Counted from the stretch's first letter, positions 11,698 through 21,297 are shown. The stretch is DNA of 58,682 nucleotides from an uncultured Chloroflexia bacterium (GCA_963768655.1 CAVYIM010000002.1:1-58682), one strand, 5' to 3'. Program-made: numbers and translations. Notes: generated by a model not told the origin, from the letters alone.

Positions 11698-13074
11698 TCA
11701 GTGCCAGACGACGAGGATCCAGTTCTGGGCGAAGTACAGGACGAACGCGAGGGTTACCACAGCCATGAGCGGGTGGATTTCACGCCACTTCCGGCCGACG
11801 ATCTTGAGCAGCGCCCACACGATGAAACCGGCGCCAATTCCGTCGGTGATGCTGTAGGTCAGCGGCATGACGATGATCGTCATGAGGGCCGGTAGCCCGT
11901 CCTCGATGTCCGCAACGTTGATGTCCTTGACCAGCGTGAACATCAGGTAGCCGACAAGGACCAGTGCCGGGGCCGTTGCCACACCGGCGACGAGGTTGGC
12001 CAGCGGCGAAAGCAGAATCGCGATGAGGAACAGCACGCCGGTCACGACGGCCGTGAAGCCGGTGCGACCGCCTTCGGCGACGCCCGCCGCCGACTCGATG
12101 TAGGTGGTGTTGGAGCTCACGCCGACGAAGCCGCCGACGGCCGCCGCGACGGAGTCGACCAGCAGCACCCGCCCGATACCGGGCACGAACCCATCCGCCT
12201 CGGCCAGGCCCGCCTCGGCGGCGATGCCGGTGACCGTGCCCATGGTGTCGAAGAAGTCGCTCAACATGATCGCGAAGATGGTGAGGATCGCCGTGATCAG
12301 GGCGACCTGGGTGAAGGTTCCGTTCAGGTCAGAGGCGCCGTAGAACAGGCCGTTGAAGCTCGGGGTCACGGTCCATTGCGCCGGCGCCGAGGTCACGCCT
12401 GTGACGAAGGCGAGGATGGAGGTGACAACGATGCTGATGATCAACGCCGCCTTGATGCGCAGCGCGTACAGCACGAAGGTGATCAGCAGACCGACCAGGA
12501 AGATCCACTGCGATAGCTCCACTATCGGCCGGAGGCCCACCGGAGGTTGACTGCCGTAGGCCGAATTGAAGCCGGCGATCAGGCCGCCGTTGGAGAGCCC
12601 GATGAACAGGATGAAGAGTCCAATGCCGACGCCGATGGACCTCTTGAGCGCTAGCGGCACGGCCCGCATGATGGCCTCCCGGAGGCCCAGGATGACCAGA
12701 ATGGTGATGACCACGCCCTCGACCACGATGACGCCCATCGCGGCCGCCGGCGACATGCCCAGACCACCGCTGGTCTTCGGTGCGGCGAGCTGGTAGGCCA
12801 CGATGGCGTTGATGCCGAGGCCCGCGGCCAGAGCAAACGGATAGTTCGAGACGAGCCCCATGGCGATCGTCAGCACACCTGCGCAGAGGCAGGTTCCAGC
12901 GGCAACGGCGATCGGGTCGAGATGAAGCGGCCCGGCGATGATGCTTCCGTTCAGGAAGATGATGTAGGCCATGACCATGAATGTGGTCAGGCCCGCCCGG
13001 GTCTCGGTCACTATGTTCGTGCCGCGCTCCGCAAACTTGAAGTAGCGGGCTACCGGCGCCAGTACTGCATCCAA
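11698..13074 (-). CDS. NCS2/AzgA-type purine (adenine/guanine/hypoxanthine) permease
   Basis: ETRAGLTTFMVMAYII, GLGINA, DFFDTMGT, TTYIESAAGVAEGGRTG. Start set at TTG 13074 with AGGAGG about 8 nt upstream. Confidence 0.92.
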   Translation of the reverse strand: MDAVLAPVARYFKFAERGTNIVTETRAGLTTFMVMAYIIFLNGSIIAGPLHLDPIAVAAGTCLCAGVLTIAMGLVSNYPFALAAGLGINAIVAYQLAAPKTSGGLGMSPAAAMGVIVVEGVVITILVILGLREAIMRAVPLALKRSIGVGIGLFILFIGLSNGGLIAGFNSAYGSQPPVGLRPIVELSQWIFLVGLLITFVLYALRIKAALIISIVVTSILAFVTGVTSAPAQWTVTPSFNGLFYGASDLNGTFTQVALITAILTIFAIMLSDFFDTMGTVTGIAAEAGLAEADGFVPGIGRVLLVDSVAAAVGGFVGVSSNTTYIESAAGVAEGGRTGFTAVVTGVLFLIAILLSPLANLVAGVATAPALVLVGYLMFTLVKDINVADIEDGLPALMTIIVMPLTYSITDGIGAGFIVWALLKIVGRKWREIHPLMAVVTLAFVLYFAQNWILVVWH

Positions 13075-13245
13075 CGGCGTGTCCTCCTGGTGTCTTCCTG
13101 GTCGATCCCACCGATCGGCGGCCACCCGAGTCCAGCCCCGGGCGGCGCCTCCTCCTGACCGCGTCTCCACGCGGCCCACCACGCTCCTGACGAATCGATC
13201 TCCGTCTGTTCCAGGCGTTCACGAAGCGGCGGGTTCGGGGTCCCC

Positions 13246-13677
13246 CTACTCGTCCTCGGTGGAATCGGGGCCGAGCAACTCCATCTGGACGTAGCCCGAA
13301 GTGTCGAACTCGAGCTGACGGGGCTCGAGCGGACCGGCGACCGCAACACCGCCGGGCGCGAAATCGATCACGACGGCCTCGTCCCCCTGCACCAGTCGAT
13401 ACGTGAGCAGCTGGTCGGGACGGGTCTCGAACTCGAGGTGCTCGAACGAATCGACGTTCAGGCAGATCGAGAGCGGGGTGAAGAACGTCGAGGTCTCCGG
13501 CTCCTCCGCGACGATCCGCTCCACCCAGCCCATCCCATGCTGAATCAGCTCGTGGCCGCGGTAATACCGATACGCCACGGTCTGCTTCTCGAGGGGATGG
13601 AGGACGTTGAGCAGGTCGGTCCGGCTAGAGACTATGCCGCGATTCACGAAGAATTTCGCTGGCGGCACGGACGACAC
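13246..13677 (-). CDS. Hypothetical protein
   Basis: Globular-looking sequence (AKFFVNRGIVSSRTDLLNVL...); AGGAGG at 13682-13687 precedes GTG 13677; TACGAT -10-like hexamer at 13734-13739. Confidence 0.65.
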   Translation of the reverse strand: MSSVPPAKFFVNRGIVSSRTDLLNVLHPLEKQTVAYRYYRGHELIQHGMGWVERIVAEEPETSTFFTPLSICLNVDSFEHLEFETRPDQLLTYRLVQGDEAVVIDFAPGGVAVAGPLEPRQLEFDTSGYVQMELLGPDSTEDE

Positions 13678-13819
13678 CACTCCTCCTGGGGCAGCGGGGG
13701 TGACGGGTTGGAGCGCCGGTGACGGACCGGTGGATCGTACCTCAGGGGGCCTCGCCGGACAAGACGATTGGGCAGCCTGTGGTGAAGCCACGGCTGAGCG
13801 AGGCGCCGGATCTTTCCTG

Positions 13820-14002
13820 ATTCACATCACGACGTCATACGGCAAGAGAGCGAGCCATCCCTGGACGGGCCCCGGCACGCGGAGGAGCCTGGCGGCGGCC
13901 GCCACGCTCAGCGCCCGCACGGGAAATCGCGCCCCAACCGGCGGACCCGGTTCTTCGTCGAAACCAGCCCGAGTCCTTGCTCGATGTCGCTGTGATGTGA
14001 AT
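13820..14002 (+). ncRNA. Candidate structured RNA (6S/Ms1-like rod, or CoA/pantothenate operon leader)
   Basis: Nested long-range pairings: ATTCACATCAC/GTGATGTGAAT, GACGTC/GATGTC, GGCAAG/CTTGCT, then a 16-17 nt internal bubble, then GACGGG..CCGG/CCGG..TTCGTC. The non-Watson-Crick pairs are G.U on the + strand. Confidence 0.45.
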
Positions 14003-14012
14003 TCGGCAAGAA

Positions 14013-14042
14013 CGGCTGCCCGGATGGCCATCCGGGCAGCCG
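14013..14042. terminator. 30-bp perfect palindrome, probable terminator hairpin
   Basis: CGGCTGCCCGGATGG|CCATCCGGGCAGCCG, immediately after the candidate ncRNA; AAGAA flanks the left side. Confidence 0.55.
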
Positions 14043-14184
14043 GCCCGGATCGGCGCCGAGAGGATCTCGAGAGTCTCAACAGAGCGGGCCCACCACTCAG
14101 CCGGGGTTGGCGGCGCCGTTTCCGTCGGGACGAAAGCCGAGACTGAGACGGCTGACTCGCTCGGCGGGGCGGTATCATCCGGGC

Positions 14185-15054
14185 ATGCTGCTCGCGCTCG
14201 ACATCGGCAACACCAACATGACCCTCGGTCTGGTAGCCGGCGAGGCCATCGTGGCCAGCAGGCGAGCGGCCACGCGCCCGACGGCGACGCCCGACGAGCT
14301 CGACATCCTCATCGATGGGCTGCTCCGCCTGGACGGTGCCACCTTTGCCGATGTGACCGGCATCTCCCTGGCCTCCGTCGTGCCGGCCCTCACAAGCGCC
14401 GCCGAGGCAATCGCCGAGCGACACGGCCTGCAGCTGCTCTCGGCGACGGCAGCGATCATGCCTATCCCGGTCCGGACCGAGCGGCCCGCCGAAGTCGGGG
14501 CGGACCGCCTGATGAACGGACTGGCTGTCGGGCGGCTGTACGGCGCGCCGGCGATCGTCGTCGATTTCGGGACCGCGACCAAGTTCGATTGCGTTGCCCG
14601 TGACGGCGGCTACGTCGGCGGCGCGATCGCCCCGGGCCTCGAGATCGGCGCCGAAGCACTGACGCTGCGAACGGCTCGCCTGCCGCGGATCGAGCTGGTC
14701 GAGCCCAAGAAGGCCATCGGCACGGACACCGTGTCCGCCATGCAGTCCGGCGTCGTAATCGGCTATCGGGCCCTGACGCTCGGCCTCCTCGAGCGCCTGC
14801 GGGCCGAGCTGGCTCATGCGGAGAAAGTCGAGGCGGAGACCATCCAGGTAGTGCTGACCGGCGGCCTGTCCACCGCGCCGTGTCTGCGCAACCTGCCGGG
14901 CGTCGATGCCGTCGACCAGGAGCTGACGCTCAAGGGTCTGGCCATCCTCTGGGCCTTTGTCAGCGGCTCGCCTGCGGTGCCGGGCCAGACGATCGCCGGG
15001 TGGACCGGCAGTGCCGCTGGCTCCATCCACATCATCTCGGAGAACGTGCCATGA
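14185..15054 (+). CDS. coaX: Type III pantothenate kinase
   Basis: MLLALDIGNTN, ASVVP, VGADR, IVVDFGTATKFD, GGAIAPG, LTGG. Confidence 0.96.
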   Translation: MLLALDIGNTNMTLGLVAGEAIVASRRAATRPTATPDELDILIDGLLRLDGATFADVTGISLASVVPALTSAAEAIAERHGLQLLSATAAIMPIPVRTERPAEVGADRLMNGLAVGRLYGAPAIVVDFGTATKFDCVARDGGYVGGAIAPGLEIGAEALTLRTARLPRIELVEPKKAIGTDTVSAMQSGVVIGYRALTLGLLERLRAELAHAEKVEAETIQVVLTGGLSTAPCLRNLPGVDAVDQELTLKGLAILWAFVSGSPAVPGQTIAGWTGSAAGSIHIISENVP

Positions 15055-16577
15055 CCGAGCAGAGTGGCCGCCTGGCGGGGCGCCGGATCGCCCTGGGCAT
15101 CACCGGTTCGATCGCCGCCTACAAGGCGGTCGAACTGCTGCGCATGCTCCAGGCCGAAGGCGCCGACGTGCGGGTCCTGATGACGGCGTCCGCAACCGCC
15201 TTCATCGGGCCGCTAACCCTCGAGACGCTGAGCCGCCACCCGGTCGACATCGACGTGCTGGCGCTCCAGGACGACGGGCGGATCGGCCACATCAGCGCCG
15301 CGAACGACGTCGAGGCCATCATCGTCGCTCCGGCCACAGCGCACTGGCTGGCGTCAATGGCCAGCGGCCTGGCCGGCGACTCGATCACGGCCGCGTGCCT
15401 GGCGACCTCCGTGCCGGTGGTCGTGGCCCCGGCGATGGACGGCGGTATGTACGCCCACCCGGCCACGCAGGCGAACGTCGCCCGGATCCGCGAGTTCGGC
15501 TACCGGGTCGTCGAGCCGGAGATAGGGCCGCTGGCGTCGGGCATGATCGGACGGGGCAGGCTCGCGGAGCTTTCGAGGATCGTCGATGAGACAGTGGATG
15601 CGTTGAGCGGCGCCCCGGCTGCCACGGGGGCGGCTGTGGCTGCCCTCGGATCGCAGCCGCCCGCGTCTGCGGCGCTAGCCGCGCCGGAGCCCGCTCACGC
15701 GGCGAGGCCCGCGCCCGGGGTCGTTCCGAGTCCTGTGGCGGCCCCGGCTCCCGAGCCCTCGCCTGCGCCTTCGCCGCCAGCCCCAGCCAGCAACGACTTC
15801 GCGGGCCGCCACGTGGTCATCACCGCCGGCGGCACCGAGGAGCCGATCGACCCGGTCCGCTTCGTGGGCAATCGGTCGACGGGCAAGATGGGGATCGCCG
15901 TCGCCGAGGATGCCCTCGACCGTGGCGCGGCCGTGACGCTGATCCTGGGCCACGTCTCGGTCGACCCGCCGGCGGGAGCTCACATCGCCCGGGTCGAGAC
16001 CGCCGCCGAGATGCAGGCCGCGCTTCGCGCCCTGACGCCGCCCGAAGGCCCCGTCTTCGACGTCCTCGTCATGGCCGCGGCCGTCGCCGACTTCCGGCCG
16101 AAGACCGCCTCGGACAAGAAGCTCAGCCGGGGGGCGGGCGTGAAACTCGAGCTCGACTCCACTCCGGACTTGCTGGCCGAGGCAGCCGAGCGAGTGCGAA
16201 CGGGCACCCGGGCCTCGGGAACTCTGCGGCCGATCCTGGTCGGCTTTGCGGCCGAGACCGGGCCGACCGACCGCGCCGCCGACAAGGTGGCCGCCAAGGG
16301 CGTGGACATGCTCGTCGCCAACGACGTGACCGAGCCCGGCTCGGGCTTCGGCACGGACACGAACCGGGTGACGATCTACTACGCGGAAGGCGCGCACGAG
16401 CAGCTGCCGATGCTCTCCAAGCGAGAGGTCGCCGAGCTGCTCCTCGACCGCATCCTGATCCGTCTCGACTCGCGCGGGATCGCCCAGGAGTCCGCGGCCG
16501 AGCAGGCCGGCGAGCCGGCGTCCGCGCCAGATGGGGCAATCGAGCCGGCCGCCACCGCACGGGAGACAGCATCATGA
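15051..16577 (+). CDS. coaBC: Bifunctional phosphopantothenoylcysteine decarboxylase / synthetase
   Basis: LGITGSIAAYKA, APATA, APAMDGGM, ITAGGTEEPIDPVRFVGNRSTGKMG, AAAVADF, VGFAAET, VANDV. Confidence 0.96.
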   Translation: MTEQSGRLAGRRIALGITGSIAAYKAVELLRMLQAEGADVRVLMTASATAFIGPLTLETLSRHPVDIDVLALQDDGRIGHISAANDVEAIIVAPATAHWLASMASGLAGDSITAACLATSVPVVVAPAMDGGMYAHPATQANVARIREFGYRVVEPEIGPLASGMIGRGRLAELSRIVDETVDALSGAPAATGAAVAALGSQPPASAALAAPEPAHAARPAPGVVPSPVAAPAPEPSPAPSPPAPASNDFAGRHVVITAGGTEEPIDPVRFVGNRSTGKMGIAVAEDALDRGAAVTLILGHVSVDPPAGAHIARVETAAEMQAALRALTPPEGPVFDVLVMAAAVADFRPKTASDKKLSRGAGVKLELDSTPDLLAEAAERVRTGTRASGTLRPILVGFAAETGPTDRAADKVAAKGVDMLVANDVTEPGSGFGTDTNRVTIYYAEGAHEQLPMLSKREVAELLLDRILIRLDSRGIAQESAAEQAGEPASAPDGAIEPAATARETAS

Positions 16578-17500
16578 GCCAGGCACCCTCGCCCCAGCAC
16601 GCCGCCCGCCTGACGATCGCCTCGATTGCCCGGCTCTACGCCGACGGCGAGCGGATCGCAATGCTCACCGCGTACGACTATCCCACGGCCAGGATCCTCG
16701 ACGAGGCCGGCATCCCGATGCTGCTGGTCGGCGACTCGCTCGGTCAGGTCATGCTCGGCTACGACAGCACGGTCCGGGTCACCATGGCGGAGATGCTCCA
16801 CCACACCAAGGCCGTGGTGCGTGGCACCAGCCGAGCCCTCGTCGTGGCCGACATGCCGTTCCTCTCCTACGGCGTGACTCCGCAGGCCAGCCTGGAGAAC
16901 GCCGGCGTGATGATGCGCGAGGGAGGGGCCGGGGCGGTCAAGCTCGAGGGCGGCGAACGCAGCGCGCGAACCATCGAATCGATCGTTCGGGCCGGCATCC
17001 CAGCGATGGCCCACATCGGCCTGACGCCTCAATCGATCCACCAGCTGGGAGGCCATCGAGTTCAGGGCAAGACGCGGGACGCCGGCCGCCAGCTCCTGGC
17101 CGACGCCCTGGCAGTCCAGCAGGCCGGCGCCTTCGCTGTCGTCCTCGAGCTCGTGCCCGAACAGCTGGCCGCCGAGATCACCAAGCGGCTGCACATCCCG
17201 ACGATCGGCATCGGGGCGGGCGCCGGTTGCTCGGGCCAGGTCCAGGTGATCACGGATCTCCTCGGCATGAGCGCCGACTTCACGCCGCGCCACGCCCGCC
17301 ACTACGCCGAGCTGCACTCGATCATCAAGGCCGCGGCCGAGGCGTATGGCGAGGACGTCCGCGCCGGCATCTTCCCGGGCCCGGAGCAGAGCACGCGGAT
17401 GGACGACGGGACGCTCGACGAGATCCTGGGGCGGACGGCGCTCGACCGGCCGGATGGCATGGCGGCAATCAACGGCATTCCGCTCGACCGGGACCTCTAG
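16574..17500 (+). CDS. panB: 3-methyl-2-oxobutanoate hydroxymethyltransferase
   Basis: MLTAYDY, LVGDSLG, VADMPFLSY, AVKLEGG, HIGLTPQ, TIGIGAG. Confidence 0.97.
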   Translation: MSQAPSPQHAARLTIASIARLYADGERIAMLTAYDYPTARILDEAGIPMLLVGDSLGQVMLGYDSTVRVTMAEMLHHTKAVVRGTSRALVVADMPFLSYGVTPQASLENAGVMMREGGAGAVKLEGGERSARTIESIVRAGIPAMAHIGLTPQSIHQLGGHRVQGKTRDAGRQLLADALAVQQAGAFAVVLELVPEQLAAEITKRLHIPTIGIGAGAGCSGQVQVITDLLGMSADFTPRHARHYAELHSIIKAAAEAYGEDVRAGIFPGPEQSTRMDDGTLDEILGRTALDRPDGMAAINGIPLDRDL

Positions 17501-17504
17501 CCTC

Positions 17505-18359
17505 GTGGTCAGACCCGTCGCGCTGCCGCAGGTCGTTCGAACTCGCTCGGATCTGCGTGATGCGCTCGCCGAGGCCCGCCGGCCAGTGGGCCTAGTGACG
17601 ACGATGGGCGCCCTGCACGAGGGCCACGCCTCGCTGATCCGGAGGGCGCACGAAGACAACGCGACGGTCCTGGTAACGATCTTCGTCAACCCGCGCCAGT
17701 TCAACGAGAGGTCGGACTTCGAGGCGTATCCTCGCGAGGAGGCAGCCGACGTCCGGATCTGCGGAGCCGCGGGCGCGGCGATGGTCTTCATCCCGCCGGT
17801 CGAAGAGATCTACCCGGAGGGCTTCCAGACGAGCGTCCGCGTAGGATCGCTGACGGAGCCGCTCGAGGGAGCATCGCGGCCCGGGCACTTCGAGGGTGTG
17901 ACGACAGTAGTGGCGATCCTCCTGACGCTGGCCGGAGCGGAGCGCGCCTATTTCGGCCAGAAGGACGCCCAGCAGCTGCTCGTGATCCGGCGCATGGCCG
18001 CCGACCTGGGGATGGCCACCGAAATCGTTGCCTGCCCGATAGTCCGCGAACGGGACGGTCTGGCGATGAGCTCGCGCAACGTCAGGCTCACTCCCCAGCA
18101 GAGGGCGGCCGCCCCTGTTCTGCGAAGGGCGTTGTCGGCCGCCCGCGCCCGGTTCGACGCCGGAGAGAGAGATGCGGAGATAATCCGGGCGGCGATGCGG
18201 GTGACACTCGCCGGCGAGCCCCTCGCCGCTCCCGAGTACGTGAGCTGCGCGGACCAGGCCACGCTCCGTGAGCTGGACCACGTGGCCGGCCCGGCGTTGC
18301 TCTCGATGGCGGTCCGCTTCGGCGCCGTCCGCCTCATCGACAACGAGCCGCTGCCCTGA
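17505..18359 (+). CDS. panC: Pantoate--beta-alanine ligase
   Basis: TMGALHEGH, IFVNPRQF, RPGHFEGV, YFGQKDAQQ, DGLAMSSRN, RLIDN. Start GTG just after the panB stop. Confidence 0.96.
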   Translation: MVRPVALPQVVRTRSDLRDALAEARRPVGLVTTMGALHEGHASLIRRAHEDNATVLVTIFVNPRQFNERSDFEAYPREEAADVRICGAAGAAMVFIPPVEEIYPEGFQTSVRVGSLTEPLEGASRPGHFEGVTTVVAILLTLAGAERAYFGQKDAQQLLVIRRMAADLGMATEIVACPIVRERDGLAMSSRNVRLTPQQRAAAPVLRRALSAARARFDAGERDAEIIRAAMRVTLAGEPLAAPEYVSCADQATLRELDHVAGPALLSMAVRFGAVRLIDNEPLP

Positions 18360-18528
18360 CAGCGGCGAGTTGCGCCCGCCCGCGGCGCACCGCCTGCGGC
18401 CCTCGACTGAGCCCGCCGCCATCGCCCTTCTGACGACTTCCGGGAACCGCCCGAGATGTCCGGCCGTCCTCCCTCCGACGGCCGCCGAGGCGCGGCCCCA
18501 GTTGAGTCGAGCACAAGAGGGCGCAGCG

Positions 18529-19644
18529 ATGACCACCGACACCGCCGACTCGCAGCCGACCGAGCCCGCGACCCCAGTCCCGAGCGGCGCCACCGGACCG
18601 AGCTCCGGCAGTCTCGCCGGCAGAATCACACGACGCGTCGCCCGGGCCCGGGTCGGCCGCATACCCGTCGGAGGGCTCCTGGCGGCGATCGCCATCGTGA
18701 CGCTTGTGGGCACGGCCTACGAGCTCGGCAATCCAAACGCGGGAGCCGCGCCCGCCGACCACAGGATGTCGTCCTCCGCCGGCGCGCCCGATGCCGGCGG
18801 GCCCGCGGCCAGCGGGTTCATCTCCGACGCATCCGAGGGCGGCTCGGGCGACAGCGCAGGAGAAGCGTCCAAGCTCAACGTCGTGGCCGCCCCGGCTGGC
18901 ACGGCCACGACGACCGAAGTCGACCAGTTGACGGCGACGCTCGAGTCCAACCAGATCGTCAAGACCGGCTCGATGGCGCTCGAGGTCACGGATCTGGACA
19001 GGGCTGTCTCCCAGGCCCAATCGACCATCGAAGGAATGGGCGGCAACGTCAGCCAGTCGTCGAGCTCGGGCGACAAGGACTCGGCTGTGGCGACGGTCGA
19101 GTATCGCGTGCCGGTGGCCAGGTGGGACGACGCTCTCGCCGCGATGCGCGCCCTCGGAACAAAGGTCATCTCCGAGCAAACGAATTCCACGGACGCCACC
19201 GCGCAGCTGGTCGACCTGGACGCACGCATCTCCAACCTCCAGGCAACCCAGTCCGCTCTCCAATCCATCATGGCCAGAGCGTCGGCAATACCGGACGTCC
19301 TCGCAGTCGAGCAGCAGCTCAGCGACACCGAGGGCCAGATCGAGGAGCTCTCGGCCCAGCAGGCTCTCCTCAAGAACCAGGCGGCCATGAGTACGTTGAC
19401 CGTGTCGTTCTCGACCCCCGGTGAGACCGACACCACCCAGGCTGCCGAGGGCTGGGATCTGGGCGCTCAGATCGATCAGGCGGCGGCGACGCTCGTCTAC
19501 ATAGGCCAGGGGCTGGTCACGATCCTCGTCTGGGCCGTGGTCGTCGGCCTGCCGCTCGCGATGGGGCTGGCCCTCCTGTGGGCGATCTGGAAGATCGGGC
19601 GGCGCCTCGCCCGAGGGCAGCGTCGCCCGGTCGTCTCGGCGTGA
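18529..19644 (+). CDS. DUF4349-type membrane-anchored coiled-coil protein
   Basis: IVKTGSMALEV, YRVP, DATAQLVDLDARISNL, VEQQLSDTEGQIE, STLTVSF, C-terminal TM helix. Confidence 0.85.
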   Translation: MTTDTADSQPTEPATPVPSGATGPSSGSLAGRITRRVARARVGRIPVGGLLAAIAIVTLVGTAYELGNPNAGAAPADHRMSSSAGAPDAGGPAASGFISDASEGGSGDSAGEASKLNVVAAPAGTATTTEVDQLTATLESNQIVKTGSMALEVTDLDRAVSQAQSTIEGMGGNVSQSSSSGDKDSAVATVEYRVPVARWDDALAAMRALGTKVISEQTNSTDATAQLVDLDARISNLQATQSALQSIMARASAIPDVLAVEQQLSDTEGQIEELSAQQALLKNQAAMSTLTVSFSTPGETDTTQAAEGWDLGAQIDQAAATLVYIGQGLVTILVWAVVVGLPLAMGLALLWAIWKIGRRLARGQRRPVVSA

Positions 19645-19911
19645 CCGTCCGGCCGGGCCGGTCTGAACCTCAGCCCGATCTGAAACGCACTACCACGGAA
19701 GCTCGCCGGACCGCTTCCGGCGACGGGCCACGCGACCCCGGTCTTTCCGCCCCTCCCGAATCCCGGCCGAAAGCCCCGTTCGGCCGTTCGGAGCCTTCTG
19801 CCGTTGTCGTGCCGCCTTGACTGGGCGCCGGCGAGCTCCTAGAGCCGGGCCCGCATCTGCCGGGCCCGCTTCTGTATCGGGCCGGCCTGCCTCGGGCTGG
19901 TCGCTTCCGGG

Positions 19912-20517
19912 CTAGCCCCGGCTGGCCGTCTTGCGATCGACGAGCGCGACAACCTCGCGTAGCCTGCTGACGGTCTCCGCGTCCACGGCGTCGGGTTCGA
20001 GGTAGGGACCGAGCCGCTCGAGGATGTCCACCACGAGGCCGAAGAAGACGCTCGCGTCGGCCAGGAAGAACTGCGGCTCGTTGTTGTAGCGAACCAGCGT
20101 CAAGCGGCCCTGCAGCACCCGCCGCTCGTCCACGTGGGCGATCTGGGTCGAGAAGTTGTGGCCCTGGATGCCGTCGGGGTTGTTCAGGTAGTTGAGGGCG
20201 TTGTCGATCGCCAGGCCGAAGCGCGCCCGCCAGGCCACCAGGCGCTCCTGCACCTCGGGCGGGATCCGCACTTCGGCCGTCTCGTCGAAGACTTCAGGCG
20301 TCACGGTCAGCAGGCCGACGAGGGTCGCGCCGGCGCGGGCGCCGAGCATGACCTGCAAAGAGCGCTCGAGGGTGAAGACTTCGGAGTCGAACCGCGGGCT
20401 TGTGATGACGTCGGTCAGGAGGTCCTCGACGTTGTCCAGGACGCCCGGCTCGGCGAGGGCGTTGGCCAGGTGGAGCGTCTCCTCCTTGAACAAGAACTTC
20501 TCTTCGTGGTCGAGCAT
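19912..20517 (-). CDS. Hypothetical protein (201 aa)
   Basis: AGGAG SD before ATG 20517 (MLDHEEKFLFKEET...). The ORF-track extension into the repeat array is artefactual. Confidence 0.7.
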   Translation of the reverse strand: MLDHEEKFLFKEETLHLANALAEPGVLDNVEDLLTDVITSPRFDSEVFTLERSLQVMLGARAGATLVGLLTVTPEVFDETAEVRIPPEVQERLVAWRARFGLAIDNALNYLNNPDGIQGHNFSTQIAHVDERRVLQGRLTLVRYNNEPQFFLADASVFFGLVVDILERLGPYLEPDAVDAETVSRLREVVALVDRKTASRG

Positions 20518-20611
20518 GCATGCTCCTATGCCGAGCGGCGCCCGGTCGGCGCTACGTTGCTGTTCGGCCGGCCCGTGCGGACCGTCAGCCGTGGGATCGT
20601 AGCACCGGGAA

Positions 20612-21225
20612 GTGAGCGAGGAGCGCAGCGGCCAACGAAGGCCTCGGCCGCCCCAGAACCCCTCGTCCGGCCGACGGTCGAGGCCGAGGCGGCCCCGAAC
20701 ACCGGAGCGAGCGCACTTGAAGGTGCGTGAGCGAGGAGCGCAGCGGCCAACGAAGACCTCGGCCGCCCCAGAACCCCTCGTCCGGCCGACGGTCGAGGCC
20801 GAGGCGGCCCCGAACACCGGAGCGAGCGCACTTGAAGGTGCGTGAGCGAGGAGCGCAGCGGCCAACGAAGACCTCGGCCGCCCCAGAACCCCTCGTCCGG
20901 CCGACGGTCGAGGCCGAGGCGGCCCCGAACACCGGAGCGAGCGCACTTGAAGGTGCGTGAGCGAGGAGCGCAGCGGCCAACGAAGACCTCGGCCGCCCCA
21001 GAACCCCTCGTCCGGCCGACGGTCGAGGCCGAGGCGGCCCCGAACACCGGAGCGAGCGCACTTGAAGGTGCGTGAGCGAGGAGCGCAGCGGCCAACGAAG
21101 ACCTCGGCCGCCCCAGAACCCCTCGTCCGGCCGACGGTCGAGGCCGAGGCGGCCCCGAACACCGGAGCGAGCGCACTTGAAGGTGCGTGAGCGAGGAGCG
21201 CAGCGGCCAACGAAGACCTCGGCCG
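20612..21225. repeat. Tandem array A: 115-bp unit x 5.3
   Basis: Units start at 20612, 20727, 20842, 20957, 21072 and 21187 (partial); identical except G/A at 20641. Unit length is not a multiple of 3. Confidence 0.97.
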
Positions 21226-21297
21226 GCTGCCGGACGAGGAGCGGCCCCGACGCGAGGGGGAACGTCGGGGCCGCAGATAGATTTGGCGAAAGATAGT

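Noticed and set aside
13075-13245. Purine riboswitch upstream of the NCS2 permease
   Set aside because: No recognisable purine-aptamer core (UAUAAU..GG..GUUUCUAC) and the region is short and GC-rich.
20612-20726. HDV-like ribozyme, suggested by CUCCUCGC on the minus strand
   Set aside because: The flanks cannot form the P3/P1 nested pseudoknot, and the wobble pairs favour the + strand.
20612-21225. CRISPR array interpretation of arrays A and B
   Set aside because: Units are identical along their full length, so there are no unique spacers; no cas genes are in the window.
20526-21296. ORFs running through the arrays (five identical 77-aa ORFs; 216-, 432- and 565-aa ORFs; similar ORFs at 49201-49754)
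   Set aside because: Unit lengths of 115 and 119 are not multiples of 3, so the frames cycle. These are products of a GC-rich repeat with few stop codons.
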